NCBI GenBank assembly: GCA_021734645.1
Contig: JAIPIQ010000002.1
Coordinates: 1 to 50,707, forward strand
DNA length: 50,707 nucleotides
Source of the DNA: Fidelibacterota bacterium
Lineage (GTDB): Bacteria > Verrucomicrobiota > Kiritimatiellia > JAIPIQ01
Reading direction: 5' to 3'
This document shows, in pieces, positions 7,346 through 17,703 of this stretch (the first letter of the stretch is position 1; every line of letters starts with the position of its first letter). A program made the translations under genes and the position numbers. Below the pieces are notes generated by a model, which worked only from the letters and a program-made list of their open reading frames with translations, had not been told where the DNA came from and made no database searches.

Positions 7346-8429
7346 TCACAGGGTTCGTCGGACGCCGATGAAGTAGACCAGGAGGACGGCGAACAGGATC
7401 CAGGACGTCCATTTGACATCGCGGGCGCGGCCGGCGAGGAGTTTGACCAGGGGGTAGCTGATGAAGCCGAGGGCCAGGCCATCGCCGATCGAGTAGGTCA
7501 GGGGGATCCCGACCAGGGCCATGAAGGCCGGCAGGGCTTCGCTGGGATCTTCCCAGGCGATGGCGGTCACATTTTTCATCGAACAGGAAGATCACCACAT
7601 AGGGCAGCATGGCGAGCGTCAGGGCCGCGCGCCAGTCGCACTGCAGCCAGAGGGGCGCCACCGACGGCGGCCGGCCCACAATCCGCCAGGTGGGCGCGAA
7701 CTGTTTCAGCAGGCGGGCCTCGGCGCCCCAGTCGGCCAGGGCCGTCCCGGCGGGCGCGAACCGCACCGCGCAGTGGGCCAGCGCGCTGAGGGCGACCCCG
7801 GCCAGGATGCCCCAGAGAATCGCGCCCCGCACCCCGCGCGCCTGCAAGCCGACGGTCACCGCCAGGCCGCCGAAGAAAACGATCAGATCCGGCGACAGGA
7901 AGTCCGCGTTGAGCTTCACCGCCGTGCCGGGATCCGTCAGAATCAGGCCGGCGTTCCGCAAGCCGATGAAGGCAATGAATACGCCAATGCCCACGGCAAT
8001 CCCGCTCTTGAGACTCGGGCTGACCGCATCCATCAGCAGGGCGCGCACACCCGTGAGCGACAGCAACAGAAACAACAACCCGGAAATCAAGACGACCCCC
8101 AGGGCCACCTGCCAGGCTGTCGTGGCGCCCGCCTGAACGGCCGCCAACTGGGCCGCCGCCGGCAGCACGCCGAACACAAAAAAGAAATTCTCGCCCATGC
8201 CGGGAGCCTGGGCGATGGGATAGCGGGCATAGAGCCCCATGATCAGGCAGGCCACCGCGGCGCTGAGGCAGGTCGCGGCCATGACTGCCTCGAAGGGCAT
8301 GCCCGTGTCAAATCCAAACATCCGGCCGGACAGCACCGCCGGTTGCACGAAAATGATGTAGCTCATGGTGAGGAACGTGGTCAGCCCGGCCAGTCCCTCG
8401 CGCCGGAGAAATCGCTGCTTTTCAATCAT
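7346..8429 (-). pseudogene. NCS2/AzgA-family purine (adenine/guanine/hypoxanthine) permease, disrupted
   Basis: The N-terminal 283 aa (LTTFLTMSYIIFVQP..., QAPGMGENFFF) read in one frame down to LPYVVIFLFD. The family C-terminus (AIAWEDPSEALPAFMALVGIPLTYSIGDGLALGFISY) lies in another frame (7346-7579). The frames switch at GATGAAAAATG (about 7570-7580), and roughly 80-110 residues normally found between these blocks are missing. Confidence 0.6.
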
Positions 8430-8688
8430 GGCCGCATCATATCATCGGCCCGATCGAGCGCAACCGCATAACCGACCGGCAGGCGCCGGGGGGGGGCAAG
8501 GAGGACGTCGAACATCGGAATGCTCAATGCCCCTGTTCCGGCGCATATTCACAATCTATTTGCGCATCTGCTTGCTTGCCGCGGCCGGGTAGTTGTCATA
8601 GGCTGCGGGGCGACGCATTTAGTGGCCGACGGGCGCGAGCCTGGGCCTGGGCACCACCTGTAGGCCCGCAGCCAAAAGGAGCAATGAA

Positions 8689-10524
8689 ATGCAAGTGCTG
8701 GACTATGTAATTGTCGGTATTTTTGGGATCCTGGTCCTGATCATTGGCATTGTTGCCACCCGGCGCGCAGGGAAGACAACCGACGAGTTTTTTTTGGCGG
8801 GCCGTCGGCTGCCGTGGTATCTTTCGGGACTCTCGATGCTGGCCACCAACTTCGCCTCGGACACGCCGCTCGCGGTTTCCGGCTTCGCGCGCAAGAACGG
8901 CATTCTGGGCGCCTGGTATTCTTTTTCCTTCTATCTGCGGGAGCTGACCATCGGGTTCTTCTTCGCCCGGCTGTGGCGCCGAAGCGGGGTCGTCACCGAT
9001 GTGGAATTTTACGAGCTGCGTCACGGCCCCATGCACGCGCGCATTCTACGCAGCGCCGTCGGCGCGTACAACAGTCTGCTCTTCGTGCCCATCAAGCTGG
9101 GGCTCTTCACCCTGGCCATGCGCAAGCTCCTGGCCGTGATTCTGCCGGTTTCGGAAACCACCCACCTCCTCGGGTTCCCGGTCTCCACCGCGCTCCTGAT
9201 TTCGGCCGGCCTCGTCTTTTTCGCCCTGCTCTACTCGGCCTCCGCCGGTTTGTGGGGCGTCGTGCTGACCGATGCCATTGAGTTTGTGTTCGCGCTGGTG
9301 GGCTCCTATGTCCTGACCTTCTACGCCATCCGGGCGGCCGGCGGGCTCGAGGCGCTGACCACCGCCCTGCCGCCGGCGCTCACGCGTTTCGCGCCGACCA
9401 CGTTACTTTCTCCCGTGCTGATCCTGCTCATCCTGCCGCACAACTGGTTGTGGGACGGCGACCTGGCGGTCGCCCAGCGCCTGATGGCCTGCCGCAACGA
9501 GAAGGAAGCGACCCTGGCGCAGCTCATGCGCACCTTCGTCAATCTGGGCGTGCGCAGTTGGCCCTGGATCATCACGGGCATGGCATCGCTGATTGTCCTC
9601 AATGCCGCGGATCTGAAGTACGACATGGACAACTACCCGATGATGATGCAGGCCGTCGCGCCGATTGGCATCCTGGGCATTGTGGTCGCCTCCTTCATCG
9701 GCGCCTATCTTTCCTCGGTGGATACCTATTTGAATCTCGGTTCCGCCTATTTTGTCAACGATCTGTACCGCCGGTTTTTCAGGCGCGGCAAAAGCGATGC
9801 GCATTACCTGCTGGTTTCCCGGCTGGCAACGGGAGGCTTTGCCCTCATCACCATCGTCATCGCCGCCTCTTCCGATTCGATTTTCGCCCTGTTCGGCTTT
9901 GTGTACATGGTGCTGGCGGGTCTGCCCATCATCCGTTCCCTGCGCTGGTTCTGGTGGCGCATCAACGGCTGGGCCGAGTTGGCGGCCTTTCTCCTTTCCG
10001 GCGTGTTCGCCTGCACCTTCGAGTTGATGCGCCGGGGCTATGAATCCGGCGCGCTGGCCCTGCGCCCCCCCGCCCGCTGGCTGATCGACACCCTGGGAAT
10101 CACCGAACCCCTCTTCCCCGATTTCCTGTACCTGACCGTTGATATCAATCTGGTGATGATCCTGACCACCGGAATCTCCATTCTCATCGCCTATCTCACG
10201 CCGCCGGATCCCACCGAAAGCCTGAGCCGCTTCTACCGGCGCGTGCGCCCCGCCGGCCCGGGGTGGCGAGCCATCCGCGCGCTGAATCCGGACATCCAGA
10301 TTGTAGACCGCCTCGGACTCGACTGCCTGGCCTGGATCCTGGGAATCGGGTTGGTCTTCGGCAGTACCTTTGCCATCGGCGCGCTTTGGTTTCACCATTG
10401 GGGCTTGGCCATTGGGCTGACGATCCTGACGGCCGCCAGCGGCGTCCTGATGAAGGTCTGCGTATTCCCGTACTATAACGAGATGAATGCCGTGGACCGG
10501 TCTGATTCCGCGCTGAGCGAATAA
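8689..10524 (+). CDS. Sodium:solute symporter (SSS) family transporter
   Basis: 611 aa and polytopic. The N-terminal signature is TTDEFFLAGRRLPWYLSGLSMLATNFASDTP. AAAGGAG lies upstream of the ATG. Confidence 0.8.
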   Translation: MQVLDYVIVGIFGILVLIIGIVATRRAGKTTDEFFLAGRRLPWYLSGLSMLATNFASDTPLAVSGFARKNGILGAWYSFSFYLRELTIGFFFARLWRRSGVVTDVEFYELRHGPMHARILRSAVGAYNSLLFVPIKLGLFTLAMRKLLAVILPVSETTHLLGFPVSTALLISAGLVFFALLYSASAGLWGVVLTDAIEFVFALVGSYVLTFYAIRAAGGLEALTTALPPALTRFAPTTLLSPVLILLILPHNWLWDGDLAVAQRLMACRNEKEATLAQLMRTFVNLGVRSWPWIITGMASLIVLNAADLKYDMDNYPMMMQAVAPIGILGIVVASFIGAYLSSVDTYLNLGSAYFVNDLYRRFFRRGKSDAHYLLVSRLATGGFALITIVIAASSDSIFALFGFVYMVLAGLPIIRSLRWFWWRINGWAELAAFLLSGVFACTFELMRRGYESGALALRPPARWLIDTLGITEPLFPDFLYLTVDINLVMILTTGISILIAYLTPPDPTESLSRFYRRVRPAGPGWRAIRALNPDIQIVDRLGLDCLAWILGIGLVFGSTFAIGALWFHHWGLAIGLTILTAASGVLMKVCVFPYYNEMNAVDRSDSALSE

Positions 10525-10532
10525 GGGAAGCT

Positions 10533-10651
10533 CTTGCAAAACCTCCAGCGGACGACACGGAGGTCGTCCCTCCATTTGAAACGCGCGGGTCTTGAACTGA
10601 TTTCTGGAGGGTCGGGCTCCGTCCCGACCGATGATCAGGAGGTTTTGCAAG
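10533..10651. repeat. MITE-like element with 14-bp perfect terminal inverted repeats
   Basis: CTTGCAAAACCTCC (10533-10546) pairs with GGAGGTTTTGCAAG (10638-10651). Internal hairpins are GGACGACacggaGGTCGTCC and GTCGGGctccgtCCCGAC. Sub-words recur at 40631-40655 and 44623-44641. Confidence 0.6.
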
Positions 10652-10707
10652 CGCCTCAAGGGAAATCGCGTATTGGTGTACCCTGCTGAAACCCGAAACC
10701 TGTGTTC

Positions 10708-12741
10708 TCAAACCAGACCGACCGGTTCCGCGGCGGGGGGGCCCGCGTGAACCGTTTTGCCGTCCACCCGGAATTCGCTGCGCCGCGGGGCCAGCCGCAG
10801 ATCCACCGTGCGTCCCCGGAAGCGGAAATTCTCCAAATGGACTTCGGCTGCCGGCAGGTGGCCCGGGAGGATGTTCAGCGCGCCGGACAGGTGGGGCCGC
10901 AGGCCGCAAAGGCCAAAGAGGATCGCCTCGCCGCCAACCGTCCCGGAGCAGATATTGGCGCGTTTGTGCGCGGCGACGGCCGGCCGGTCACAGTAGTGCT
11001 CCTGCGGGTAATAGAGCAAATGGCGCCCCATCCAGAAATGCCGTTGCAAGACGTCCCAGGCCAGCGCCGGCCGGCCTTGCTCCCAGAGCGTCAACGCCAG
11101 GATGGGGCCGTCCCCCGTGTAAGATCCGCCGCCCGACCAATCCGGATCGTTCTGCTCATAGTGCCGGCGGTCTTCGGCGGACACACTGCTGACGCCATAG
11201 GTTCCGAGAAAAGCCCCCTCGCGCACCTGGGCGCAAAGCGCCGCCTGCATCGCCTCGGTGCAACATCCCGCCCGCAGCGCGTCGAAGACCTGCACGGAAT
11301 AGACGAGCTCTGCGTGGCCATCCGGATAGAGGCAGCGAAACCATTGACGCCGGGGATCCCAGAGTCGTTGCTGGATTTGCTTTCTGATCTCGACCGCCTG
11401 CGCGCGCCATTTTCCGACGGGCGCGGCCAGGCCGTGCCGCTCACACAACGCAGCCGCGACCTCCAGGCACCAGGCGCGCTCGGCATTCGGGCTCACGGTA
11501 AAATGTTCCCAGCCCGCGCCGCGCATTTCCAGGAGATTGCACTGTTGGCCATAATCCAACAGCACGCCTTCTGATCCGGCGTTGCGTTCCTCCGCGGCCA
11601 GCAGGTCGCATCCGGTTTGAATCAGGGCGGGATCTTTCAAATAACCGAAGCACTGCAGGGAACGCAGCAGGCTGAAAAAGGAGAACGTATTATAGGCGTA
11701 GTACACGTCCCTTCCTTTGCCGGTCAGCGAAAACCGCATATGCTGATCGAGCCCGGAACGGCTCATGACGCGCGCGAAGTCCGCCATGCGTTCACCCAGC
11801 AGCATCGTATTCACGTTGGGGGCATACCCGCCGCTGTCCCACGGATAGCCGCAAAATCCCCCGCCATCCAGGCTGCACACACTCAAAAACGGCTGGCAGG
11901 CGAATGCCGGCTTGTCCCACAGGCAGAGGAGGCCGCTGAGCAGCGAGCGGCGATAGTACGCCTCCAGGCCGGGCACGCCGGAGGCGATCCGCGGCAGGTT
12001 CTCCGCGGCCGCGTCCAGCACCCTGCGCCACCGCTGGCGCGTGGCTTCAATCCAATCCGCCAAGTTCCCCGGGAGCGGCATCTCGCCCGGCTTTACCAAG
12101 GTACAGGCCAGACGCGCCGTTCGCTTTTCGCCGGGGGGAATCACCAGCGTCAGATCCTCCGCATGCAGCCGGAGTTCAACCGTCCCGTTGGTCCAGATCC
12201 CATCAGCCCGCGGGCGACAGTCCGTGCCGTCGGCCGGAATCGCGTAGCCCCAGTCGTCCAAATCGCAAAAGGCCGGGCGACCCGGTTCGATCCGGGGTTC
12301 CAGCGTCAGGGTTCGCGTGACCCGACCCCGGTTCTCCACCTCGATGCGCAGCACGAAGCCGGCCTGGCCATAGAGCGGAAACAGCTCGGAACAGACGCCA
12401 TAGGAGATCAAGGCGCCATTGCGGTACTGGTGATACGTTCCTTTGCGGCTGATGTGGTCAGGCTGCCAGGTCCCGCCCGCATACAGTATGCCGCAGTCGC
12501 CCTTGCCCGTGTTGCCGTCGTCCGGCAGCAGCCGGGTCCCGTCGCGAAAACCAAGTTCCAACCGAAACGCCTTGGCGGCGTAGGGCGGCGAGAAAAACTC
12601 GGCGACGCCGCCTACGGTGCGCGGAATGGGGCGGACCGTTGTCCAGCCGTTGGCTACCGCCAGATGGGCGTCGGGGGTCAGCGTCGCCGCCAGGTTCTGG
12701 GCCAGGTTCTCGAGTGTCAGCGGATCAATATTTGTCCGCAT
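10708..12741 (-). CDS. Putative glycoside hydrolase, (alpha/alpha)6-barrel-like
   Basis: Start chosen at ATG 12741 (MRTNIDP), which has AAGGAG 7 nt upstream. The coding composition is strong. The C-terminal half (DPDWSGGGSYTGDGPILALTLWEQGRP, HFWMG) resembles six-hairpin glycosidases, but the family is not identified. Confidence 0.5.
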   Translation of the reverse strand: MRTNIDPLTLENLAQNLAATLTPDAHLAVANGWTTVRPIPRTVGGVAEFFSPPYAAKAFRLELGFRDGTRLLPDDGNTGKGDCGILYAGGTWQPDHISRKGTYHQYRNGALISYGVCSELFPLYGQAGFVLRIEVENRGRVTRTLTLEPRIEPGRPAFCDLDDWGYAIPADGTDCRPRADGIWTNGTVELRLHAEDLTLVIPPGEKRTARLACTLVKPGEMPLPGNLADWIEATRQRWRRVLDAAAENLPRIASGVPGLEAYYRRSLLSGLLCLWDKPAFACQPFLSVCSLDGGGFCGYPWDSGGYAPNVNTMLLGERMADFARVMSRSGLDQHMRFSLTGKGRDVYYAYNTFSFFSLLRSLQCFGYLKDPALIQTGCDLLAAEERNAGSEGVLLDYGQQCNLLEMRGAGWEHFTVSPNAERAWCLEVAAALCERHGLAAPVGKWRAQAVEIRKQIQQRLWDPRRQWFRCLYPDGHAELVYSVQVFDALRAGCCTEAMQAALCAQVREGAFLGTYGVSSVSAEDRRHYEQNDPDWSGGGSYTGDGPILALTLWEQGRPALAWDVLQRHFWMGRHLLYYPQEHYCDRPAVAAHKRANICSGTVGGEAILFGLCGLRPHLSGALNILPGHLPAAEVHLENFRFRGRTVDLRLAPRRSEFRVDGKTVHAGPPAAEPVGLV

Positions 12742-12819
12742 GCGAAAGCTCCTTTTGGTTGGCAATTACCCTGTACGAATCGCATTACAAAAGTTTTTTT
12801 CGTCCGTTGTAAAGAATTA

Positions 12820-14034
12820 ATGTCAGAAAAAAGTGTAGACACGCCCGGAGCGTTGACCTTAACTCCCGGGGCGGATCGGGTTTGGCGCGGACTGGATGAG
12901 CCAGTGCCGCGGCCGCCTGCCGGAGGCAATGTGGTGAGTGAATTGACGGGCCGGGAACGCATCGCGCGGATTTTGAAACGGGAGCCGGTTGACCGCATCG
13001 GGCTCTTCGAGCATTTCTGGGGGGATACCCGGGCCTTATGGCAGGCGCAGGGTCACGTGGGCGCGGAGGAGGAGCTGGCGGACCATTTCCAGTTCGATTT
13101 GCAGAACTGCTGGCCCTGCAGCATGGTGGCGGATCTGGACTTTATCCCGGAGGTGATCGAGGAAACCGAGGAAACCATTCTGGAACGCAATGGCAATGGC
13201 GCCTTGTTGCGGCGGCACAAGCAACATAATGCCACGCCCGAGCATGTGGATTTCGCCGTCAAGAGCCGGGCGGAATGGGAAACGCTGATCAAACCGCGCC
13301 TGACTGCCGATCCGCGCCGGATCAATTTCGAGGCCTACCGCGCGGCGCGGGCGGCCGCCGCCGCCGCGGGACGGTTCTTCGTCTGGTCTGGCACGAATGT
13401 CTTCGAGTTGATGCATCCGGTTTGCGGTCATGAGTACATGCTGATCGGCATGTTGGACGATCCGGACTGGATTCGGGACATGGTGCAGACCTACGCCCGG
13501 CTGATTCTGGACTTGCAGGAGGTGCTGTTTGCCCGGGAAGGTCCACCGGATGGCATCTGGTTTTACGAAGACATGGGCTTCAAGGACCGGCCCTTCATGT
13601 CGCCGGCCCTCTATCGCGAATTGGTGCAACCGGGCCACATCCTGACCGTTCAGCGCGCCCACGACCGCGGCTTGCCCGTGATCATGCACTCCTGCGGCTT
13701 CATCGAACCCCTGCTGCCGGACATGGTCGCCGCCGGCATTGATTGCCTGCAGGTCATCGAAGTCAAGGCCGGCATGGACCTGCTGCGCATTCACCGGCAG
13801 TTCGGCGAGCGCCTCTCCCTGATGGGCGGCATGGATGTGCGCGCCCTGTACAGCAACGACCGCGCCCGGGTGGACGCGGAACTCGAAGCCAAGATCCCCC
13901 AGGTCAAGCAGGGCTTCGGCTACGTGCTCCACAGCGATCACTCGATCCCCGATACCGTCACCTACGACACCTACCGCTATTTCGTCAACCGCGGCCTGGA
14001 ACTCGGCCGCTATGCGCAGTCATCGCCTTCCTGA
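12820..14034 (+). CDS. Uroporphyrinogen decarboxylase (URO-D) family protein
   Basis: Start at ATG 12820 (MSEKSVD...). The upstream 400 codons of the listed ORF are antisense to the hydrolase gene. The C-terminal TIM-barrel pattern is VIMHSCGFIEPLLPDMVAAGIDCLQVIE...LSLMGGMD. Confidence 0.7.
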   Translation: MSEKSVDTPGALTLTPGADRVWRGLDEPVPRPPAGGNVVSELTGRERIARILKREPVDRIGLFEHFWGDTRALWQAQGHVGAEEELADHFQFDLQNCWPCSMVADLDFIPEVIEETEETILERNGNGALLRRHKQHNATPEHVDFAVKSRAEWETLIKPRLTADPRRINFEAYRAARAAAAAAGRFFVWSGTNVFELMHPVCGHEYMLIGMLDDPDWIRDMVQTYARLILDLQEVLFAREGPPDGIWFYEDMGFKDRPFMSPALYRELVQPGHILTVQRAHDRGLPVIMHSCGFIEPLLPDMVAAGIDCLQVIEVKAGMDLLRIHRQFGERLSLMGGMDVRALYSNDRARVDAELEAKIPQVKQGFGYVLHSDHSIPDTVTYDTYRYFVNRGLELGRYAQSSPS

Positions 14035-17000
14035 ACAGGACGCGGACGCGCGCTCAGGCGGACCCCGATCAGGGCATAGGGCGTGATGGCCAGGCGTCCG
14101 TCGGGCTGCCGGATTCCCGGCAGGGGGCGCCCCGAAAGATCCACGATGTCCGCCTGCCAGCCGGGCTCGAGTTCCAATTCGAGCAGGCCCCGGCGGCCGA
14201 GCGTCTCGTTGAGCCGCAGGATCCAGGCGCCCGGCCCCAGCGGTTGTGCCCAGGCGGCGGCCACGGAGGGCGCGCCGTGCAGGCCCAGCAGTCCGGCGTT
14301 GTATGCCGGTCCACGATAGGGGATCGGCGGCGTATAGAGCAGGTCGGCCAGGGCGGCGGGGGATTCCTCGCGCGGGCGCGCGCCGCCGTAGGGGGCCAAT
14401 GCGATCTCGATCCGCGCGGAACCCAGGTCCGAGTGGGTTTGGCTCAGATCGGCGGTGCGGATACCCGTCTGCAGGCGGGCATTGGTCACATACGCGCTGC
14501 GGGCCAAGCTCACGTGCAAGGCGCCCGAGCGCGCGCCGAAGCCGTACTTGGCCTCGGTGATCACCGCCAGCCCCTCGGTCTCGCCCTCATCAGCCACGGC
14601 AGCCCAGCGGCTCGCCGGCACCTCCCATTGCGCTTCGGCGAGCTCGCGGCCGGGGCTTTGATCGCGCACCACACTGCCGAAGGGCGCGCCATAGCGCGCG
14701 ATCCCGGCATACCGCGTGGGAAAGACCGCCTTAAGCAATACCTCCTGATCCCGCAAATCGAGATCGTAGCCGATGCGCAGCACACCCTCGCCCGGCTCGA
14801 GCCGGTAGCGGACCGTGATCCGGCTGGCTGCGCCAAAGGCGCGGGTGAACGCGACTTCCGCGCGGTCGGGCGCATGCACCACGTCCGGCGCGGCGGCGGC
14901 CGGGGGCACAGGCGTCCCCAGTGCCAGCGCGTCGCGGTCAATGTCCCAGGCTTCGAAGGCGTGGGGATGGTCGGCGAAGACCCACAGTTCGCCGAGGGGG
15001 TCGGCTTGGGCGACGGGGCGGCCGTCAAACATCAAGGCGCGGATGCGGCCCGCGCTGTCGAATTCGGCGCGCACGCGGTCGTTTTCGAGCGTGGTGGGCG
15101 TGGCGGCGGGCGCCTGCCTGATCGGCCAGGCCGGCGCTTCCGCGACGGGACCGGCCACGAGCGCGGGCAGGCGTACGGTCTTGTTCGCGAGGGTCACCGG
15201 CCGTTCGTAGGGCAGAGGATTGAAGATGCTTTCGGCGCCGTCCGGCACTTGCAGGGCCTGCTGGGCGGCGGCGGCGCCCTGGCGGGCCAAAGCGGCCAAC
15301 TCGGGCAGCGCTTCGGCGTACACTTCATGTATCGAGCTGCCCGGAATATAATCGTGAAACTGGGCAAAAACCAGCCGTTGCCAGGCGGCCGGCGCGATGG
15401 GGCCGGCGGCGGCGAGGCAATGGGCGGCTTCCCAGGCTTGCAGCGCGCGTTCGGCGCGGCGGAAGGCCAGTTTGAGATGCCCATGGGTCGTCTGGACCCC
15501 GCGATGATATTCGAGATACAGCTCGCCCTGGTAGGTCGGTAGGTCGCCGCGCCGCGCGTCCAGCCGGTCGAAGAAATCCTCGATGCGGTCCCAGCGGGTG
15601 CGCGGGGCGTTGGCCCAGTTGGCGAAGCGCAGGGCGCGTTCGCAATGCAACGGGGTGGGACCGCCCCCGCCGTCGCCATGGCCCGTGGGCATCAAGGCCT
15701 CGGGATGGACACCGGCCTGCCGGTGGGCGCCGGCGGCTTCGTGCAATTCCTTGAGCGTAACCTGGCCGTTGTAGCCGGTGCTCGCAAGATGGGCCAGCAC
15801 CTCGCTGCCATCGTGGCCGCGCCAGACGAAGCTGGTGAGCGGGAAGCGGTTCAACTGGCTCCAGGTCAGCTTGCTCGTGAAGAAGAACTCGACCCCGCAC
15901 TGGGTCATGATCTGGGGCAGGCAGGCGCTGTAGCCGAACACATCCGGCAGCCAGAGGCAGCGCGCGGGGGTGCCTCGCAATTCCTGGAAGTAGGCCTGAC
16001 CCACGAGGAAAGCACGGGCCAGGGCTTCGCCGCAGGCGAGTTGCGTATCCATCTCGACTTCCGTTGCGCCCGTGGCCTCCCATTGGCCCGCCGCAATCCG
16101 TTGCCGGATTTCGGCGTGCAGCTCGGGCGCGCGGTTCGCGATCATCCGGTAGGCGGCCGACTGGCTGAATCCGAACCGAAATTCGGGATACTGCTCACCC
16201 AGGCGCAGGACGGAGGCGGCGGTGTGGACGGCCTTGAAGCGGGTGGCTTTCTCCGGCCAGAGCCAAACCAGATCGAGGTGCGCGTGGCCGGTCAGGCAGG
16301 CTTGCAGGGCGTAGGGCGGGGCCGGAAACGCCTCGAAGATGCGGGCCAGCGCGGCGCGCAGGGCTTCGAACCCCTCGCGGTCATGGGCATCACAGGCGCG
16401 GGCCAGGCGCTCGACCAACTGCCGGTAGAGGGGTGTCATGTTCCAGGGCGGCGGCAGCGGCGTCATGAGCTGGGCGAATGTTTCGGGGGGGAGGGTTCGG
16501 CTGTACTCGTGGCGGAGGATTTCCTCGAACACGAGCAGATCATGCCAGGTGTGCCAGGCGGTGTCGTTGCGCCGCCGCAGGCTGGGGGCGGTAAAGAGCT
16601 GGCCCTGGGGCGTCAGGCGGGGGGAGGCGGGAAAGAGACCGAACCCGGAACACATGCTTTCGAGGTATAGCGGCTCATCGCCGCCGGCCGGAAGCGCGCA
16701 CCAGGGATGGAAGAGATCCAGGCCGATGTAGGGCACGCCCTGCCACCAGGCCGTCGTTTCGCCGTTATCTGGCCAATGCAGATACCAACCGGCCCGCTCC
16801 GCCACAGGCGGCAACTCGATCCGATACCAGCGTTGGTCGAACATCCGGCCCCAGGGCGCGTCCTGTTCGCTGACGGGCGCATAGGTCAGACAAGCCGCCT
16901 CCCGCGCAGTGCAGTGATTGGCCGCCGGCGGCGCGCCGGCCACGGCAACCGGTTGCGGCGGCCCCCAGACCTGGTCTTCGACACGCCGCCGCAGGGCAAC

Positions 17001-17045
17001 CAGGCGGTGGGGAAGGGTCTGGGCAAAAGGCGATGGGGGATACAT
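14010..17045 (-). CDS. GH38 family alpha-mannosidase
   Basis: Start at ATG 17045 (MYPPSPF), with GAGGAG upstream. GH38 blocks present are LTGHAHLDLVWLWP, WLPDVFGYSACLPQI, FFTSKLTWSQLNRFP and FVWRGHDGSEVLAH. The 3' end overlaps the convergent gene by 25 bp. Confidence 0.85.
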   Translation of the reverse strand: MYPPSPFAQTLPHRLVALRRRVEDQVWGPPQPVAVAGAPPAANHCTAREAACLTYAPVSEQDAPWGRMFDQRWYRIELPPVAERAGWYLHWPDNGETTAWWQGVPYIGLDLFHPWCALPAGGDEPLYLESMCSGFGLFPASPRLTPQGQLFTAPSLRRRNDTAWHTWHDLLVFEEILRHEYSRTLPPETFAQLMTPLPPPWNMTPLYRQLVERLARACDAHDREGFEALRAALARIFEAFPAPPYALQACLTGHAHLDLVWLWPEKATRFKAVHTAASVLRLGEQYPEFRFGFSQSAAYRMIANRAPELHAEIRQRIAAGQWEATGATEVEMDTQLACGEALARAFLVGQAYFQELRGTPARCLWLPDVFGYSACLPQIMTQCGVEFFFTSKLTWSQLNRFPLTSFVWRGHDGSEVLAHLASTGYNGQVTLKELHEAAGAHRQAGVHPEALMPTGHGDGGGGPTPLHCERALRFANWANAPRTRWDRIEDFFDRLDARRGDLPTYQGELYLEYHRGVQTTHGHLKLAFRRAERALQAWEAAHCLAAAGPIAPAAWQRLVFAQFHDYIPGSSIHEVYAEALPELAALARQGAAAAQQALQVPDGAESIFNPLPYERPVTLANKTVRLPALVAGPVAEAPAWPIRQAPAATPTTLENDRVRAEFDSAGRIRALMFDGRPVAQADPLGELWVFADHPHAFEAWDIDRDALALGTPVPPAAAAPDVVHAPDRAEVAFTRAFGAASRITVRYRLEPGEGVLRIGYDLDLRDQEVLLKAVFPTRYAGIARYGAPFGSVVRDQSPGRELAEAQWEVPASRWAAVADEGETEGLAVITEAKYGFGARSGALHVSLARSAYVTNARLQTGIRTADLSQTHSDLGSARIEIALAPYGGARPREESPAALADLLYTPPIPYRGPAYNAGLLGLHGAPSVAAAWAQPLGPGAWILRLNETLGRRGLLELELEPGWQADIVDLSGRPLPGIRQPDGRLAITPYALIGVRLSARPRPVQEGDDCA

Positions 17046-17476
17046 GGCGGGGCTCCTCAAGACCGGGACGCGACGGTGGTAGACCTCAGAACGGACAGGG
17101 TCCCCCACGCCTCTTCGATTGCCGGGAGAACGGCCCCTCCCATTGGAACGCGGATGTACACGGAACCACTCATCTTTCAGCCTCCGGAACAGATCATCTG
17201 TCGGGCCGCTAGCTTGGCGCTTGGACGGGGGGATGACAAGCAAAACTGTGCTTCCGTGAGAAGTTCATGAGATTCCCGACAAGGTGCGACAAAGATTGGC
17301 GGGACTATCAGAGTGGGGGGAGCTTCCAGCTCCCCCATCCAAGAGCGGGAGCAGGATGCTCCCGCCACCATAAGGGTTGGCCAGCGCGGCAAGCCGCCCC
17401 AGGGTGCGCAAAATATGCGTGCCATTGAATACAAGAGTAAGCGGTTAAGAGTAGACGGTTAAGACTATCCATTACC

Positions 17477-17549
17477 TTTGCGATCTCTGCGTTCTCTGCT
17501 GTTAATTCTTCCCCCCCTTTCCTCTCCGCGTCCTCTGTACCTCTGTGGT
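17477..17549. repeat. Repeat module B, second copy
   Basis: See 1537-1611. Confidence 0.75.
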
Positions 17550-17598
17550 GCAACCTGATTTTCCGGCCCACCCGCACCCCTCTTGCACAGGAGCCGAC

Positions 17599-17703
17599 CG
17601 ACAAAGCTCAACACGACAAGGCTCGCGACAAAGATTGGGGGCGTCCACTTCTGGGTCCCCAATGCCCCGACTTCTCTCACCCCGCGAAAAATCAGATCGT
17701 GCG
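17599..17703. repeat. Repeat module A, second copy
   Basis: See 1843-1943. Confidence 0.8.

Noticed and set aside
8430-8688. Possible purine riboswitch in the 5' region of the purine permease gene
   Set aside because: The reverse-complement leader lacks the conserved purine-riboswitch junction and loop sequences. The region contains a fragment of repeat module C instead.
11617-12819. 5' extension of the URO-D-family ORF (805 aa as listed). The same applies to 19828-20175 for the kinase, 21887-22177 for the SGNH gene and 17046-17243 for GH38.
   Set aside because: The extensions are antisense to, or overlap, neighbouring genes and are low-complexity. Internal starts with RBS or stop/start coupling give proteins of canonical length.
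14010-14034. 25-bp 3'-3' overlap of convergent genes (a 7-bp overlap also occurs at 23809-23815)
   Set aside because: This is common in compact high-G+C genomes, and there is no additional structure suggesting regulation.
13743-16670. Plus-strand ORFs of 599 aa (13743-15542) and 341 aa (15645-16670)
   Set aside because: Both are antisense to the GH38 alpha-mannosidase, whose family blocks are unambiguous. Their composition is R/G/A-dominated.
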